From assembly GCA_963749155.1 (NCBI GenBank), contig CAVVLO010000002.1, positions 1,216,001-1,280,000 on the forward strand: 64,000 nucleotides of DNA, written 5' to 3'. Position numbers and translations under genes: made by a program. This document shows, piece by piece, positions 20,141-29,584 of this stretch (position 1 is the stretch's first letter; every line of letters begins with the position of its first letter). The DNA comes from an uncultured Armatimonadia bacterium (lineage in GTDB: Bacteria > Armatimonadota > Zipacnadia > CAVVLO01). The notes below the pieces were generated by a model that was given only the letters and a program-made list of their open reading frames with translations, was not told where the DNA came from and made no database searches.

Positions 20141-20929
20141 ATGCGCAAGCTTGTGAAGCTTACCTTGTTCTTTACTCTTTTGGCGATGGCTTCCACTGCC
20201 GTACTTGCCATCTGGGCAATCTACCAGGGTACTGCCGGTGTGCGCACCGAGAGCACTGCGCTCCTGCCCCTCAAGCATGCGCTAGGTTTATTGCCCTTTC
20301 TCTGTGCCATCCCGGGTGTCATCCTGTCTATCCTTGCGATGCGTCAGGAAGGCGGCGGCGAAAAAGGCAACAAGCTCTGGACTGTCTCTTTCGTCTTGCT
20401 AGCCGTCTGCCTGTCCTATCTTATGTTCTTCCCCGTCGGCTATCTGCACTTCAGGCTCTGGTCAAGTGTTGGCCCTGTCACGGTTTTCGAGCAGATCGCC
20501 TCTCCCAGGGGTGACTCGCGCCTCGTGGTCTATGATGTGCCCAGGTTCAAAGGGCCAGTCCGCGAGCTTTGGTTCGAAAACGACGCGCAATCGGAAAAGC
20601 GTTATCTGGTGGATGTCGCCAACCGCACCCCAATGCCCCAGGAGATAACCTGGGGAGAGGGCGAGAAGACCGTTGTAATCCAGTATCACGGGCGTAAGAA
20701 GTTTGAAGTAGACCTCGTCACAGGTAAAGAGCTTAACGGCAAGACACTCCCCTACGATCCTGATGCCGAAGCCCTGGAACAGTTCCGCAAGAAGGTCCAT
20801 GACGAGCAGCCGGAGGAGGGCAAGGCTCCCGCAGGCAACCAGCCTGCCACTCCACCAGCGCCTGAGCAACCAGCGCAGCCGGTGACGCCGGCTGAGCCTG
20901 CTTCAGAGGCTCCACCCAGTCCAGGCTAG
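20141..20929 (+). CDS. Hypothetical membrane protein (3 TM, soluble domain, Pro-rich tail); start uncertain (20078 possible)
   Basis: Three hydrophobic segments, then a beta-rich domain and PAP-rich C-terminus. Confidence 0.6.
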   Translation: MRKLVKLTLFFTLLAMASTAVLAIWAIYQGTAGVRTESTALLPLKHALGLLPFLCAIPGVILSILAMRQEGGGEKGNKLWTVSFVLLAVCLSYLMFFPVGYLHFRLWSSVGPVTVFEQIASPRGDSRLVVYDVPRFKGPVRELWFENDAQSEKRYLVDVANRTPMPQEITWGEGEKTVVIQYHGRKKFEVDLVTGKELNGKTLPYDPDAEALEQFRKKVHDEQPEEGKAPAGNQPATPPAPEQPAQPVTPAEPASEAPPSPG

Positions 20930-21819
20930 GCCGGCTGAGGAAAGGCCTTGGCAATATACGCGGCCAGTCGCTCTGGGTCGTCTTCCTGTTGCTGGGCCAG
21001 CCAGGCCAGCAGGTCTTCGACCTGAGGTTCGGCTAGCTCGTCCAGCTTGCTGACGCCGAAACGTAGCTCCAGCAGTCTTGCCAGTTCTGGTCCCTTGTAA
21101 CCCTGGCTCGCAAGCAACTCGGCCAGGTCAGCCACCTGTTCCGGTTCAGCCGGGGCCTCGGGTGCTTCTTCAGCCGGAGAGATAAGCTGTTTCAGTGCCA
21201 ACTCGAAATCGCCCGCATAGCGCAGCCGCAATATGTGAAAGGTATACCGGTTGGCCCCTATGCTGGTTTTACGAGGTTCGCGATACAGCTCCAGGGGTAT
21301 CCCTTTCAGCTTGCCGGCGATTTCCTTGATATGGGCCAGGTCTGCCAGCAGTGCTTTGATTGACTGCACCGAGCTGACATCCACTGCATAACATTCGGTG
21401 CTTCGAGTTGCCGGCAGCACCACATGCAGCCGCCCATAGGGCTTGCAAAGCCCCTTCTGATAGTGAGGACATTCTTTGTAGCCGCATTGGGTTTTCTGCC
21501 AGGTTTTATGCTCTGCGTCCCATATTTTGGCTGTCTGCCCATCGCCCCGGCACACAACCCCCGCTGCAGGCTCATACTTGCGCAGATAGTGGGGAAATAT
21601 CGTGTCGAGGTCATCAGCTGGAAGCAGGACCTCAAGTTCCTTTGGCTGCGCGCCGTAGGGCTTGCCATCCTTCAGTCCGAGCGCCCTCTGTACTTCCTCA
21701 GGCACCAGGAAGTAATCCACGCGAAGTGGCCTGCCTGTCTTCTCGTCCTTGCTGCCCAGCTTGATGCGCCCCGCCAGTGGCAGTTGTTGTTTCGCTCCTG
21801 TCAGCCCGATTATCGGCAT
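20926..21819 (-). CDS. Phage Gp3-like / recombination directionality factor-like protein
   Basis: IIGL...LPLAGRIKLG.K...P..VDYF...PKEL.V.LP.DD....FP..L..Y......CRGDG..A, Cys cluster C...ECP......CKP.G.L..LP; resembles the phiC31 gp3-like family. Confidence 0.7.
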   Translation of the reverse strand: MPIIGLTGAKQQLPLAGRIKLGSKDEKTGRPLRVDYFLVPEEVQRALGLKDGKPYGAQPKELEVLLPADDLDTIFPHYLRKYEPAAGVVCRGDGQTAKIWDAEHKTWQKTQCGYKECPHYQKGLCKPYGRLHVVLPATRSTECYAVDVSSVQSIKALLADLAHIKEIAGKLKGIPLELYREPRKTSIGANRYTFHILRLRYAGDFELALKQLISPAEEAPEAPAEPEQVADLAELLASQGYKGPELARLLELRFGVSKLDELAEPQVEDLLAWLAQQQEDDPERLAAYIAKAFPQPA

Positions 21820-21855
21820 CCTTGCCCTCCCCTAAAGCTTCTTTGGAAGGGACTA

Positions 21856-21872
21856 TGCAAGAACCGTGCCAA
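21856..21872 (-). promoter_or_regulatory. Sigma-54 (-24/-12) promoter upstream of the Gp3-like gene
   Basis: Minus strand TTGGCACGGTTCTTGCA matches consensus YTGGCACGRNNNTTGCW; 36 nt upstream of the ATG. Confidence 0.85.
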
Positions 21873-21942
21873 CTCCGCCGGAAGGAAGCCTTGCAACGAT
21901 GCCGAAGCTTCCACCAAGACCAAGACGTGGAGGAGAAGCGCA

Positions 21943-22335
21943 ATGAGGACCTATCCTGCTCTGCGCACCATCGCCGTTGTCTTCAAAGTCATCGCCTGGA
22001 TCGCCCTGGTGGGTGGCGCTCTGGCCCTGATTGGCGGTATCGTGATGGCCTTCGCTGGCGAGATGCAGGCCTTATCTATGGCCTTCGCCGGGCCACTTAT
22101 CGGCTTGTTGTATTTCGTGATGTTCTATGCCAGCGCAGAGATGATTTATGTGCTGATAGACATTGCGGACAACACCCGCAAGACCGCTGAAGCTGTCGCT
22201 GCGTTGCAGTTCAGGGGAGGAGCCGCCGCCCCACAGGCCCCACCCCAGCCGCCTGTACCACCTCAGCCGCCAGTGCCACCGAGGCCAGATGCCACGCCGC
22301 CAGCCCCGCCAGCTCCGCCAGGCGCTGAGGCCTAG
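21943..22335 (+). CDS. Small membrane protein (2 TM, Pro-rich tail)
   Basis: RBS GGAGGAG; YPALR.IA...KVIAW...AE.I.V.IDI..NTR pattern of a widespread small membrane family. Confidence 0.7.
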   Translation: MRTYPALRTIAVVFKVIAWIALVGGALALIGGIVMAFAGEMQALSMAFAGPLIGLLYFVMFYASAEMIYVLIDIADNTRKTAEAVAALQFRGGAAAPQAPPQPPVPPQPPVPPRPDATPPAPPAPPGAEA

Positions 22336-22362
22336 ACAGTTTTTTTATAGGAAGGGATTTTC

Positions 22363-24174
22363 TTGCTGCGTTTGCTGCTAACCGCTGCTGTGATTCTAGT
22401 TGTCTGCATCGTTGCCTTTGCCCAGCCCTCACCTGAGGCCCTCATCACAGCCCTTGAAACCAGGCTGCCAGGCCTTACAGTAATCGAACTCCCTGCCTCT
22501 GGTCAGGTGACCCTTGCTGCTGACCAGAGTCTGACTGTCGATGCTCTGCGCGGCGTGAAGCTCGATGACACCCCGCCCGTCCTCGGCCCGCTGCCCGAGC
22601 CTTACGAAGCCCATCTGACCGATGATTTCTCGCCTGGCCAGGCGCCTTACTGGGCCCAGGGCATCGAGCCCTTCCGCTTCGACCGCTTCACTGTGGAGTT
22701 CTGCTATGGCGGCTGGCACAATCTGCAGATGATAGACTACGCCTCTACCCATGGCTTCAGCGTGGTCTTCCACTACGTGATGCCTGACCAGTCTCACCTG
22801 CCCGAAGGCACGAAGCTCCTCTCCTGGGGCGACTTCGTCCACTGGAACGACTATTTCTCCGAGCATAACCTGCCCTGGGAGCATTGGAACGAGCTTGCCG
22901 ACCGCGATGTGGTTGACGACCTCGTGCCAAAGGCCTGGGGATACGACCCTCGCGCCATCGCGATGATTGACCTGGAGCACGGAGGCGCTCTCTCGCCGGA
23001 CGACTTGCGCGCCCAGTCCTGGTATCCGGCCTCCGGAACGACCGAAGAGCAGGCCGATTTCGAGCAAAAATACTACGAGGGCTACCTCAAGACCTTCACC
23101 GGGCCCCTCGAGGCCCTCAAACAGACAGGCTGGACCAGTGTGGGCATCTACCCGCAGCCTTATGGCTCAGGTTTCTTCAACCTGCTGGGGCGGCACGAGC
23201 GCGGCGAGAGCGGCCTGCCCGATCCTGAAACCTACTGGCCCTGGCAACGCTACGGTAAAGCTTTGGCAGAAGCCGAGGATGTAGCTTATCCCGATGTCTA
23301 TATGTATTACTGGACGCCCCAGAACGTCGCCTACGCCCTCGCGCGCCTCGACTTCGACCAGACACTGCTGAAGAGCCTGCCCGAGCCTACTCCCATCAGG
23401 CCCTATTACTGGCCACTGCTCCACGGAGGCGACGCCGAGCCTCATTGGTGGGCCCAGCAACCTCTCGCCAACGAGGATATGCGCGCGCTGGCTTTCCTGA
23501 CTTTCTTCGCCGGTACGGACGGGCTCGTAATCTGGAACTGGTCCGGCCTGGGCAACCACCAGGCGCCCCCGCCGCTCTGGTCAGAGGGCGCTTCGACCTG
23601 CGGGGGAGACGTTGCCGTAGAAGGCGGTATCGGCGCCAACGCTATGGTGGGCGAGGACTTCGAGCTGCGTCCCGAAGGCGCCGGCGAGGACACTCCGCCC
23701 ACCCGAATCCGCCGCTATGACGTACTGACTATTGCCAGCATGGACGAGGCTACTGGCCAGGCGCGCTTCCAGCATATCAAGACGAACGAGCCCCAGCCTG
23801 ATGTCCGGCTCGATCCCGCCAGGCCCTATTATGTGATGAACAAAGACGAGTTGATATCACATCTCCGCGCGCCTGCCGAAGCTGTTTCGGGCGCTGTCGA
23901 GGGTCTCGCGCTGGCCAAGGCCTTCGAAGAGTTGCTGAGGTTTGGGGAGCCGAAGGTGGATGTCCCTGCCCTTGAACAATTCGCCCGGACGCTGCCAGTA
24001 GTCCGTCGCGTCCAGCTTGGCGACTACAATCTGATCGCCACCTATGATCCCAAGGCTCTCCAGCATGAGGAGCGGCGGACAATCGAACTAACCGATTTCG
24101 CGGGACAGTCCGGCCTTACTCTGGTATTGCCTGCCGATGACCAGGTAAGAGCCTTCCTGGTGAAGACCAACTAG
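22363..24174 (+). CDS. Secreted hypothetical protein (possible glycoside hydrolase-like barrel)
   Basis: Signal peptide; aromatic-rich; MIDLEH and GTDGLVIW motifs reminiscent of hyaluronidase-like TIM barrels. Confidence 0.5.
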   Translation: MLRLLLTAAVILVVCIVAFAQPSPEALITALETRLPGLTVIELPASGQVTLAADQSLTVDALRGVKLDDTPPVLGPLPEPYEAHLTDDFSPGQAPYWAQGIEPFRFDRFTVEFCYGGWHNLQMIDYASTHGFSVVFHYVMPDQSHLPEGTKLLSWGDFVHWNDYFSEHNLPWEHWNELADRDVVDDLVPKAWGYDPRAIAMIDLEHGGALSPDDLRAQSWYPASGTTEEQADFEQKYYEGYLKTFTGPLEALKQTGWTSVGIYPQPYGSGFFNLLGRHERGESGLPDPETYWPWQRYGKALAEAEDVAYPDVYMYYWTPQNVAYALARLDFDQTLLKSLPEPTPIRPYYWPLLHGGDAEPHWWAQQPLANEDMRALAFLTFFAGTDGLVIWNWSGLGNHQAPPPLWSEGASTCGGDVAVEGGIGANAMVGEDFELRPEGAGEDTPPTRIRRYDVLTIASMDEATGQARFQHIKTNEPQPDVRLDPARPYYVMNKDELISHLRAPAEAVSGAVEGLALAKAFEELLRFGEPKVDVPALEQFARTLPVVRRVQLGDYNLIATYDPKALQHEERRTIELTDFAGQSGLTLVLPADDQVRAFLVKTN

Positions 24175-24194
24175 AAGAGTCTTTCTGCCAGCAT

Positions 24195-24226
24195 AAAAAA
24201 ACCCGGCCATCGCGGCCGGGTTTTTT
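24195..24226. terminator. Bidirectional terminator ending the nuo-hdr-flx run
   Basis: AAAAAAA-CCCGGCC-ATCGC-GGCCGGG-TTTTTT between convergent genes. Confidence 0.9.
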
Positions 24227-24246
24227 ACTGGGTAAAATTAGCTTTT

Positions 24247-25104
24247 CTAATATTCTGCGGGTAATTTTACGAGCTGCTCCATCGTGAACACAGGCCCATC
24301 GAAACAAACATAGAGATGACCGATATTGCATCGCCCGCATTTGCCCATCCCGCACTTCATGCGCATCTCAAGCGTCGTGACGATCTGGTCGTCTTTGAAT
24401 CCCAGCTCTCTCAGCGCCTGCAGCACGAACTTTATCATTATCGGAGGGCCGCAAGTGAAAGCTACACAATCGCGCGGCGAGGGCGCAAGCTCGGTAACAT
24501 AGGACGGGACGAAGCCGACATGGCCATCCCAGCCTTCCTGCTCCCGATCGATGGTCAGACGCACATCGCACTTCTCAGCCCACTCTTCGAACTCGTACTT
24601 GTAGACCAGGTCGTCCTTGCTGCGCGCCCCGTTGATGACGGTGATCTTGCCGTAATCCTCTTTATGGTCCATCACATACAGCAGCAGCGAACGTAGCGGC
24701 GCCATACCGATACCGCCACCGATAATCAGCAAGTCCTTGCCCTTGATGCCTTCATCCACTGGGAAGTTGTTGCCATAAGGCCCGCGCACGCCAATCTTCT
24801 CGCCCGCCTCGAGCTGATGCAGCGCCGAGGTGTTCTTCCCGGTGCGCTTCACGCTGAACTCGAGATGATCAGTCCGGGTTGGCGAATACGAAACTCCAAA
24901 AGTCGACTCGCCCACGCCCAGCACCGAGACCTCAAGGAACTGGCCCGGCATATAGGTGAATTTCTCCTGCACCTCGGGGTCGTCGAAGACCACGCAGTAA
25001 GTCTTCACGTCAGGAGTCTCGTCCCGAATCTCCTGGATAGTCGCGATAAACGGCACCAGGGGGTGACGCGGCAGCGCGCCCTCTTTCATCGCCTGCTCAG
25101 TCAA
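24247..25104 (-). CDS. flxA: FlxA-like FAD/NAD(P)-binding [2Fe-2S] oxidoreductase (AsrB/HydG family)
   Basis: PGQF, RGPYGN, GGGIGMAPLRS, CGPPIM, EMRMKCGMGKCGRC...C.DGPVF. Confidence 0.85.
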   Translation of the reverse strand: MTEQAMKEGALPRHPLVPFIATIQEIRDETPDVKTYCVVFDDPEVQEKFTYMPGQFLEVSVLGVGESTFGVSYSPTRTDHLEFSVKRTGKNTSALHQLEAGEKIGVRGPYGNNFPVDEGIKGKDLLIIGGGIGMAPLRSLLLYVMDHKEDYGKITVINGARSKDDLVYKYEFEEWAEKCDVRLTIDREQEGWDGHVGFVPSYVTELAPSPRDCVAFTCGPPIMIKFVLQALRELGFKDDQIVTTLEMRMKCGMGKCGRCNIGHLYVCFDGPVFTMEQLVKLPAEY

Positions 25105-26152
25105 CTTGGGCCTCCTCCAGGCTCCGCGCCTTCACTTTGTTTATGATCTCGCGGATGTCGATATTCACCGGGCAATACCGCACGCAGCGCCCGCACCCGA
25201 CACAAGCGGTCACATCGAGCCTGTCAACGAAATATTTGAACTTGTGCATCACCCGCTGCCGCACGCGCTCGGTGCGCGAAGGCCTCGGGTTGTGTCCGCT
25301 GGTCTCCAGCGTGAAATGCGGGAACTGGCAGGTATCCCAGGTGCGATAACGCACTCCCTGCTGCTCGGTCCCATCATCTTCAATATCGAAACAATGACAG
25401 GTGGGACAGAGATAGGTGCAGATGCCGCATCCCAGGCAGCTCTCGGCGATTTCGTCCCAGCAGTCATCATCGAACAGCTTGTCCAGCTTGTCGTGGACTG
25501 CATGCCCTTCGACATCTACGGCCACCTGCTGTTTCTCGATTACGCCTGCCACGTAGGCATCGCGCGCCGCCTTGTCTTCGGCTGAAGCCGCTTCGAACAG
25601 TGCCTTATGCCTGCCGAGGAACTCCTCACCTGGTTCGGTCTTGGCTTCCACGTAGTAGGCATCGCCCAGGTCGGTGAACAGCACGTCCATCCCGCGCGGG
25701 TTGCTCATCACCTGCTGCACCGACTCGCAGAAGCACCCAAGCTGCGGGCAGTTCTCCCACACGGCGATAATCAACGTGTTGTCGCGTCGCGCGGCATAAA
25801 GCGAGTCCTCAAAAGTCTCGCGATATACCGGGTCTATCATCCGATTGGCCGCGACATCGCATGGCCTCGCGCCAAACAGCACCTTGGGCTCTACGGGCAG
25901 CGGAGGCTGCTCGATAGTGTATTCCTTGCCCTCTTTCTTGAACTTGAACAGCAAGTCAGTCTGCGGCAGGAAGACTTCCTTCGGCGGTTTGTTGGTATTG
26001 CCCAGCTCTGTTGCAACCTGAGAGGCCTGCTCAATCTCGCGGAAGCGATACACTCCCTCGTCCAGTTTCACCGGCGCGATGAGCTTCGCCTCGCTCATCA
26101 CCGCTTCGAGCAGTTCTCCCAGCTTCACCTTACTCAGCTTTAGCGCGTCCAT
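25097..26152 (-). CDS. flxB: FlxB-like 4Fe-4S dicluster protein (AsrA family)
   Basis: GARPCD, CFC, CLGCGICTYLCPTCHCF, WDTC, HKF.YF, CVGCGRCVRYCP. Confidence 0.85.
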   Translation of the reverse strand: MDALKLSKVKLGELLEAVMSEAKLIAPVKLDEGVYRFREIEQASQVATELGNTNKPPKEVFLPQTDLLFKFKKEGKEYTIEQPPLPVEPKVLFGARPCDVAANRMIDPVYRETFEDSLYAARRDNTLIIAVWENCPQLGCFCESVQQVMSNPRGMDVLFTDLGDAYYVEAKTEPGEEFLGRHKALFEAASAEDKAARDAYVAGVIEKQQVAVDVEGHAVHDKLDKLFDDDCWDEIAESCLGCGICTYLCPTCHCFDIEDDGTEQQGVRYRTWDTCQFPHFTLETSGHNPRPSRTERVRQRVMHKFKYFVDRLDVTACVGCGRCVRYCPVNIDIREIINKVKARSLEEAQVD

Positions 26153-26169
26153 TCATCCAACCTCTTGCC

Positions 26170-27144
26170 CTAATGGCCCTCATGCTCGGCCGGGTCATAA
26201 TCTTCAACACGGAAGGTCGACAGTGGCACTGGCTCTTCAATTGACTTGCCAGCATACCAGTCGTATAGATCGAAAACTTCTTTTTCGAGTTTCTTGTTGA
26301 GCTCGCGCAGCTTTATATTCTGCGGGCAGGCCCGTTCGCATTCGCCGCAGTCAACGCAACGGCCGGCCAGATGGAAGGCCCTGATGAGCAACATCATCTG
26401 GTTTTCAGGCAGCTCATTGCGCAGCGGCACCCAACTCGGGTCGCGCTGGTCGAAGATGCAACTGCGACAGAAACAGGCGGGACAGGCATTGCGGCAGGCA
26501 TAACACCTGATGCACCGGTCGAAATAGCTGTTGAACCGAGAGAGGCGCTCCGCAAGTGTCTGCCCTTCCAGCGCCTCGGTCTCGACAAATTCCGGCTTGC
26601 CATCCGGTACCGGCTCGCCAAATACCTCATCACAGAACTGCGGATTATGCTGATAGCACGCAAGGCACCGATCCGCCAGCACATCGGCCACTTTCACAGT
26701 CTTGGCCTCTCCGCCCACAAGCGTTGCCTTCACATTCTCGCCGGCGAACAGAATCTCGGCAACATCTTCTTCCGCGACGCCCAGCTTCTTCGTCAACTTC
26801 GCGATATCCACGACACCGCCGCAGTTCACGCCGATGATGAAGAGCCTGTCCTTGGGAAGCTGCTCCTGTTGCAGCAGCACAGCCACCGAGCGCGCATCGC
26901 ACCCTTTCACGATGATGCCAATGCGTTCTTTGGTGTCACGATAATAATTCAGGAAGTCGGCCAGATTATGCACCGACAGCGGAGAGACAACGAGTTGCTC
27001 AGCTTCCTCCGGTGTCCGCGCGAAGAAGGGCCGCGAACGCGTCGGCACCGAGCCGGGCGCCCAGCCGATGACAAGGTCTACCTTCTCCTCGGCGAGCAGT
27101 TGCTTCGCCAGTTCTTGTACCTGTTTTTCAATCTCTGCGTTCAT
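26170..27144 (-). CDS. flxC: FlxC-like 4Fe-4S protein
   Basis: KGCDARS, IGVNC, CLAC, CIRCYACRNACPACFC..C, HLAGRCVDCGECERACP. Confidence 0.8.
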   Translation of the reverse strand: MNAEIEKQVQELAKQLLAEEKVDLVIGWAPGSVPTRSRPFFARTPEEAEQLVVSPLSVHNLADFLNYYRDTKERIGIIVKGCDARSVAVLLQQEQLPKDRLFIIGVNCGGVVDIAKLTKKLGVAEEDVAEILFAGENVKATLVGGEAKTVKVADVLADRCLACYQHNPQFCDEVFGEPVPDGKPEFVETEALEGQTLAERLSRFNSYFDRCIRCYACRNACPACFCRSCIFDQRDPSWVPLRNELPENQMMLLIRAFHLAGRCVDCGECERACPQNIKLRELNKKLEKEVFDLYDWYAGKSIEEPVPLSTFRVEDYDPAEHEGH

Positions 27145-27146
27145 TA

Positions 27147-27608
27147 TTAGTCCTGGGATTGCGCGGGATTACGGGGCCCGAGCTCCGTCAAATCGGTCAC
27201 AAATTCTTGGGCTACCTGGGCGAACTTGTCACCCTCGGCCGCCGAGATCCACTCGAAGCGGAATCGCTCTGGCGCGACGCCTACAAACTCCAGCAGCTTG
27301 CCAAGCAAGGTCATCCGACGCCGAGTATGGTAGTTACCGCTGCTGTAATGACAGTCGCCAGGATGACAACCTGCCACCATCACGCCATCAGCGCCGCGCT
27401 CAAAGGCTTTGAGTACCATCTCCACGTCCACGCGGGCTGAACAAGGCACTCTCAACAGGCGGATCTCGGGTGGATATTTACGCCTGTTCGAGCCGGCCAA
27501 ATCGGCGCCGGCATAAGTGCACCAGTTGCACGCAAAGCACACCAGCTTCGGCGTCCACTCTTTGCCCTCTTCGGGTTTTTTGGCCAGCGTCTCACTTATC
27601 AGAGGCAC
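27147..27608 (-). CDS. flxD: MvhD/FlxD [2Fe-2S] subunit
   Basis: CNWCTYAGADLAG, RVPCS.RV, GCHPGDCHY, WISAAEG. Confidence 0.92.
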   Translation of the reverse strand: MPLISETLAKKPEEGKEWTPKLVCFACNWCTYAGADLAGSNRRKYPPEIRLLRVPCSARVDVEMVLKAFERGADGVMVAGCHPGDCHYSSGNYHTRRRMTLLGKLLEFVGVAPERFRFEWISAAEGDKFAQVAQEFVTDLTELGPRNPAQSQD

Positions 27609-29572
27609 AGCGCATCAACCTCCGCCAGCAGTTGTTCAGGTTTGAAGCCGCGTAGCTGGATGCTCTTGGACGGGCAGCCTGCCGTGCAGGCGCCACAGCC
27701 CTGGCACAGGCCTTCGTTGACCCGAGCGACCTCGCGATTGCGCCTCAAGGCCCTGTCTTCTATCTCGGTCAGCTCGATAGCCTTGTAAGGGCAGGTATTC
27801 ACGCAGATACTGCAACCAACACAGGTCTGCTCGTTTACCTCGGCCACTGTCGCCTCGGCGAGTATCTGCTTGGCGGCAAGCAGGCCGATGGCTTTGGCGG
27901 CCGCGCCTCCCCCCATCGCTACCGAGTCAGGGATATCGCGTACGAACTGCGCACCACCCGCCATAAACACGCCGCGCGTCATCGCTTCCACAGGCTTCAG
28001 CTTCGGATGAGCCTCGGTAAAGAAGCCCTCCGCATCGCATGACACCTGGAACATCCGCGAGATGGCCTGCGCGTCGGCCTGCGGTTCTGCCGCCGTTGCC
28101 AGCACTACCAGGTCGGCGGAGATATCCATCTTGGAGCCAGTCAGCGAATCGCCGCCGCGCACCATTATCTTGCCGTTCAGCTCATAAAGCTTCGACACGC
28201 GCCCGCGCAGATATACAACTCCGAAATCGTCCTGCGCCCTGCGGACAAATTCTTCATAACCCTTACCCGTCGCCCGAACATCTATATAGAAAACATATAC
28301 CTGCGCATCGGGTATCTTCTCTTTCACCAGCAGCGCGTGTTTGGCTGTATACATACAGCAGATCTTGCTGCAGTAGCCATGCCCCTCGTGCAGGTCGCGC
28401 GAGCCCACGCACTGGACGAAGACGACGGTCTTCGGCTCTTCGTGGTCGCTCGGGCGCACCAGATGGCCTTCGGTCGGGCCTGAAGCGTTCAGGAGCCGCT
28501 CGAACTGCAGGCCCGAGACGACATCCGGATAACGTCCCGAACCGTATTCAGGAAACTGCTCCGGCCCCATAAACGAGAGCCCGGTCGCCAGCACGATGGC
28601 CCCGAACCGCTCTGTCACGACCTCGTCCTGGTCATCATAGCGGATAGCTTTGGCCGGACAGATCTTCTCGCAGATCCCGCATTTGCCCGTCTTGAGTTTG
28701 ATGCAGTGCTCCTTGTCGATTGTGGCGATGTTGGGCACCGCCTGCGGGAAGGGTATGTAGATGGCCGGCCGCTTGGACAGTCCCTCATTCCATTCGCTCT
28801 CGGCCTTTGCCGGGCACTTCTCCAGGCACGCCCCGCACCCGGTGCAGGCGTCCGCATCTACATATCGCGCCTTTTTGCGGATCTTCACATCGAAATTTCC
28901 GACATATCCGGAAACCTCTTCAACTTCCGACCAGGTCCAGATCTCGATATTCGGGTGCCTGGCGACGTCTACCATCTTCGGCGTCAGGATACACGCCGCG
29001 CAGTCCATCGTGGGGAAGGTCTTGTCATACTGCGCCATATGCCCGCCGATAGAGGGGCTGCGCTCCAGCAGCACCACAGGATAGCCCGCATCCGCGATAT
29101 CGAGAGCCGACTGGATGCCTGCGATTCCCCCGCCCACGACCAGCGCGCGCGGGTAGATAGGCACTTCAAGCTGGGTAAGCGGCTCGTTGCGCGCCACCTT
29201 GGCGACTGCGGCTTTTACGAGATCCAGCGCCTTCTCGGTCGCTGCGTCCTTGTCTTTTGTCACCCAGGAGACATGTTCCCGGATGTTGGCTATCTCGACC
29301 ATATAAGGATTCTTGCCAAGCTCGACCATCACGCCGCGGAAGGTCGGCTCGTGGAGCCTCGGCGTGCAAGCTGCCACCACGATCGCATCGAGGTTGTGCT
29401 CGAGTACTGCCTGCTTGATAAGTTCCTGCCCAGGGTTCGAACACATATAGGTATAGTCGGTCGCAAAGGCGACATGCGGCAGCTTCGCGGCTTCTTCGGC
29501 CACGCGCTCCACATCAACTACACTTGCTATGTTCGTACCGCACCGGCAGACGAATACTCCAACTCTTGCCAT
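27599..29572 (-). CDS. hdrA: Heterodisulfide reductase subunit A (FAD, Fe-S; bifurcating flavoprotein)
   Basis: RVGVFVCRCG, AACTPRLHE, NIREH, GGGIAG, KTFPTMDCAACI, CVGSRD, CSKICC, HPKLKP, C-terminal ferredoxin motifs. Confidence 0.97.
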   Translation of the reverse strand: MARVGVFVCRCGTNIASVVDVERVAEEAAKLPHVAFATDYTYMCSNPGQELIKQAVLEHNLDAIVVAACTPRLHEPTFRGVMVELGKNPYMVEIANIREHVSWVTKDKDAATEKALDLVKAAVAKVARNEPLTQLEVPIYPRALVVGGGIAGIQSALDIADAGYPVVLLERSPSIGGHMAQYDKTFPTMDCAACILTPKMVDVARHPNIEIWTWSEVEEVSGYVGNFDVKIRKKARYVDADACTGCGACLEKCPAKAESEWNEGLSKRPAIYIPFPQAVPNIATIDKEHCIKLKTGKCGICEKICPAKAIRYDDQDEVVTERFGAIVLATGLSFMGPEQFPEYGSGRYPDVVSGLQFERLLNASGPTEGHLVRPSDHEEPKTVVFVQCVGSRDLHEGHGYCSKICCMYTAKHALLVKEKIPDAQVYVFYIDVRATGKGYEEFVRRAQDDFGVVYLRGRVSKLYELNGKIMVRGGDSLTGSKMDISADLVVLATAAEPQADAQAISRMFQVSCDAEGFFTEAHPKLKPVEAMTRGVFMAGGAQFVRDIPDSVAMGGGAAAKAIGLLAAKQILAEATVAEVNEQTCVGCSICVNTCPYKAIELTEIEDRALRRNREVARVNEGLCQGCGACTAGCPSKSIQLRGFKPEQLLAEVDALCL

Positions 29573-29584
29573 AGTTCACACCAC

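Noticed and set aside
20926..22335. Prophage remnant around the Gp3-like gene
   Set aside because: Neighbouring genes are not phage-like, and no att sites or compositional shift are evident.
24247..26152. Anaerobic sulfite reductase AsrAB or sulfhydrogenase beta/gamma subunits
   Set aside because: No AsrC or hydrogenase subunits; the position after hdrCBA-mvhD matches Flx.
27147..29572. Selenocysteine recoding in HdrA or MvhD
   Set aside because: Both ORFs are uninterrupted, with Cys at the usual Sec positions.
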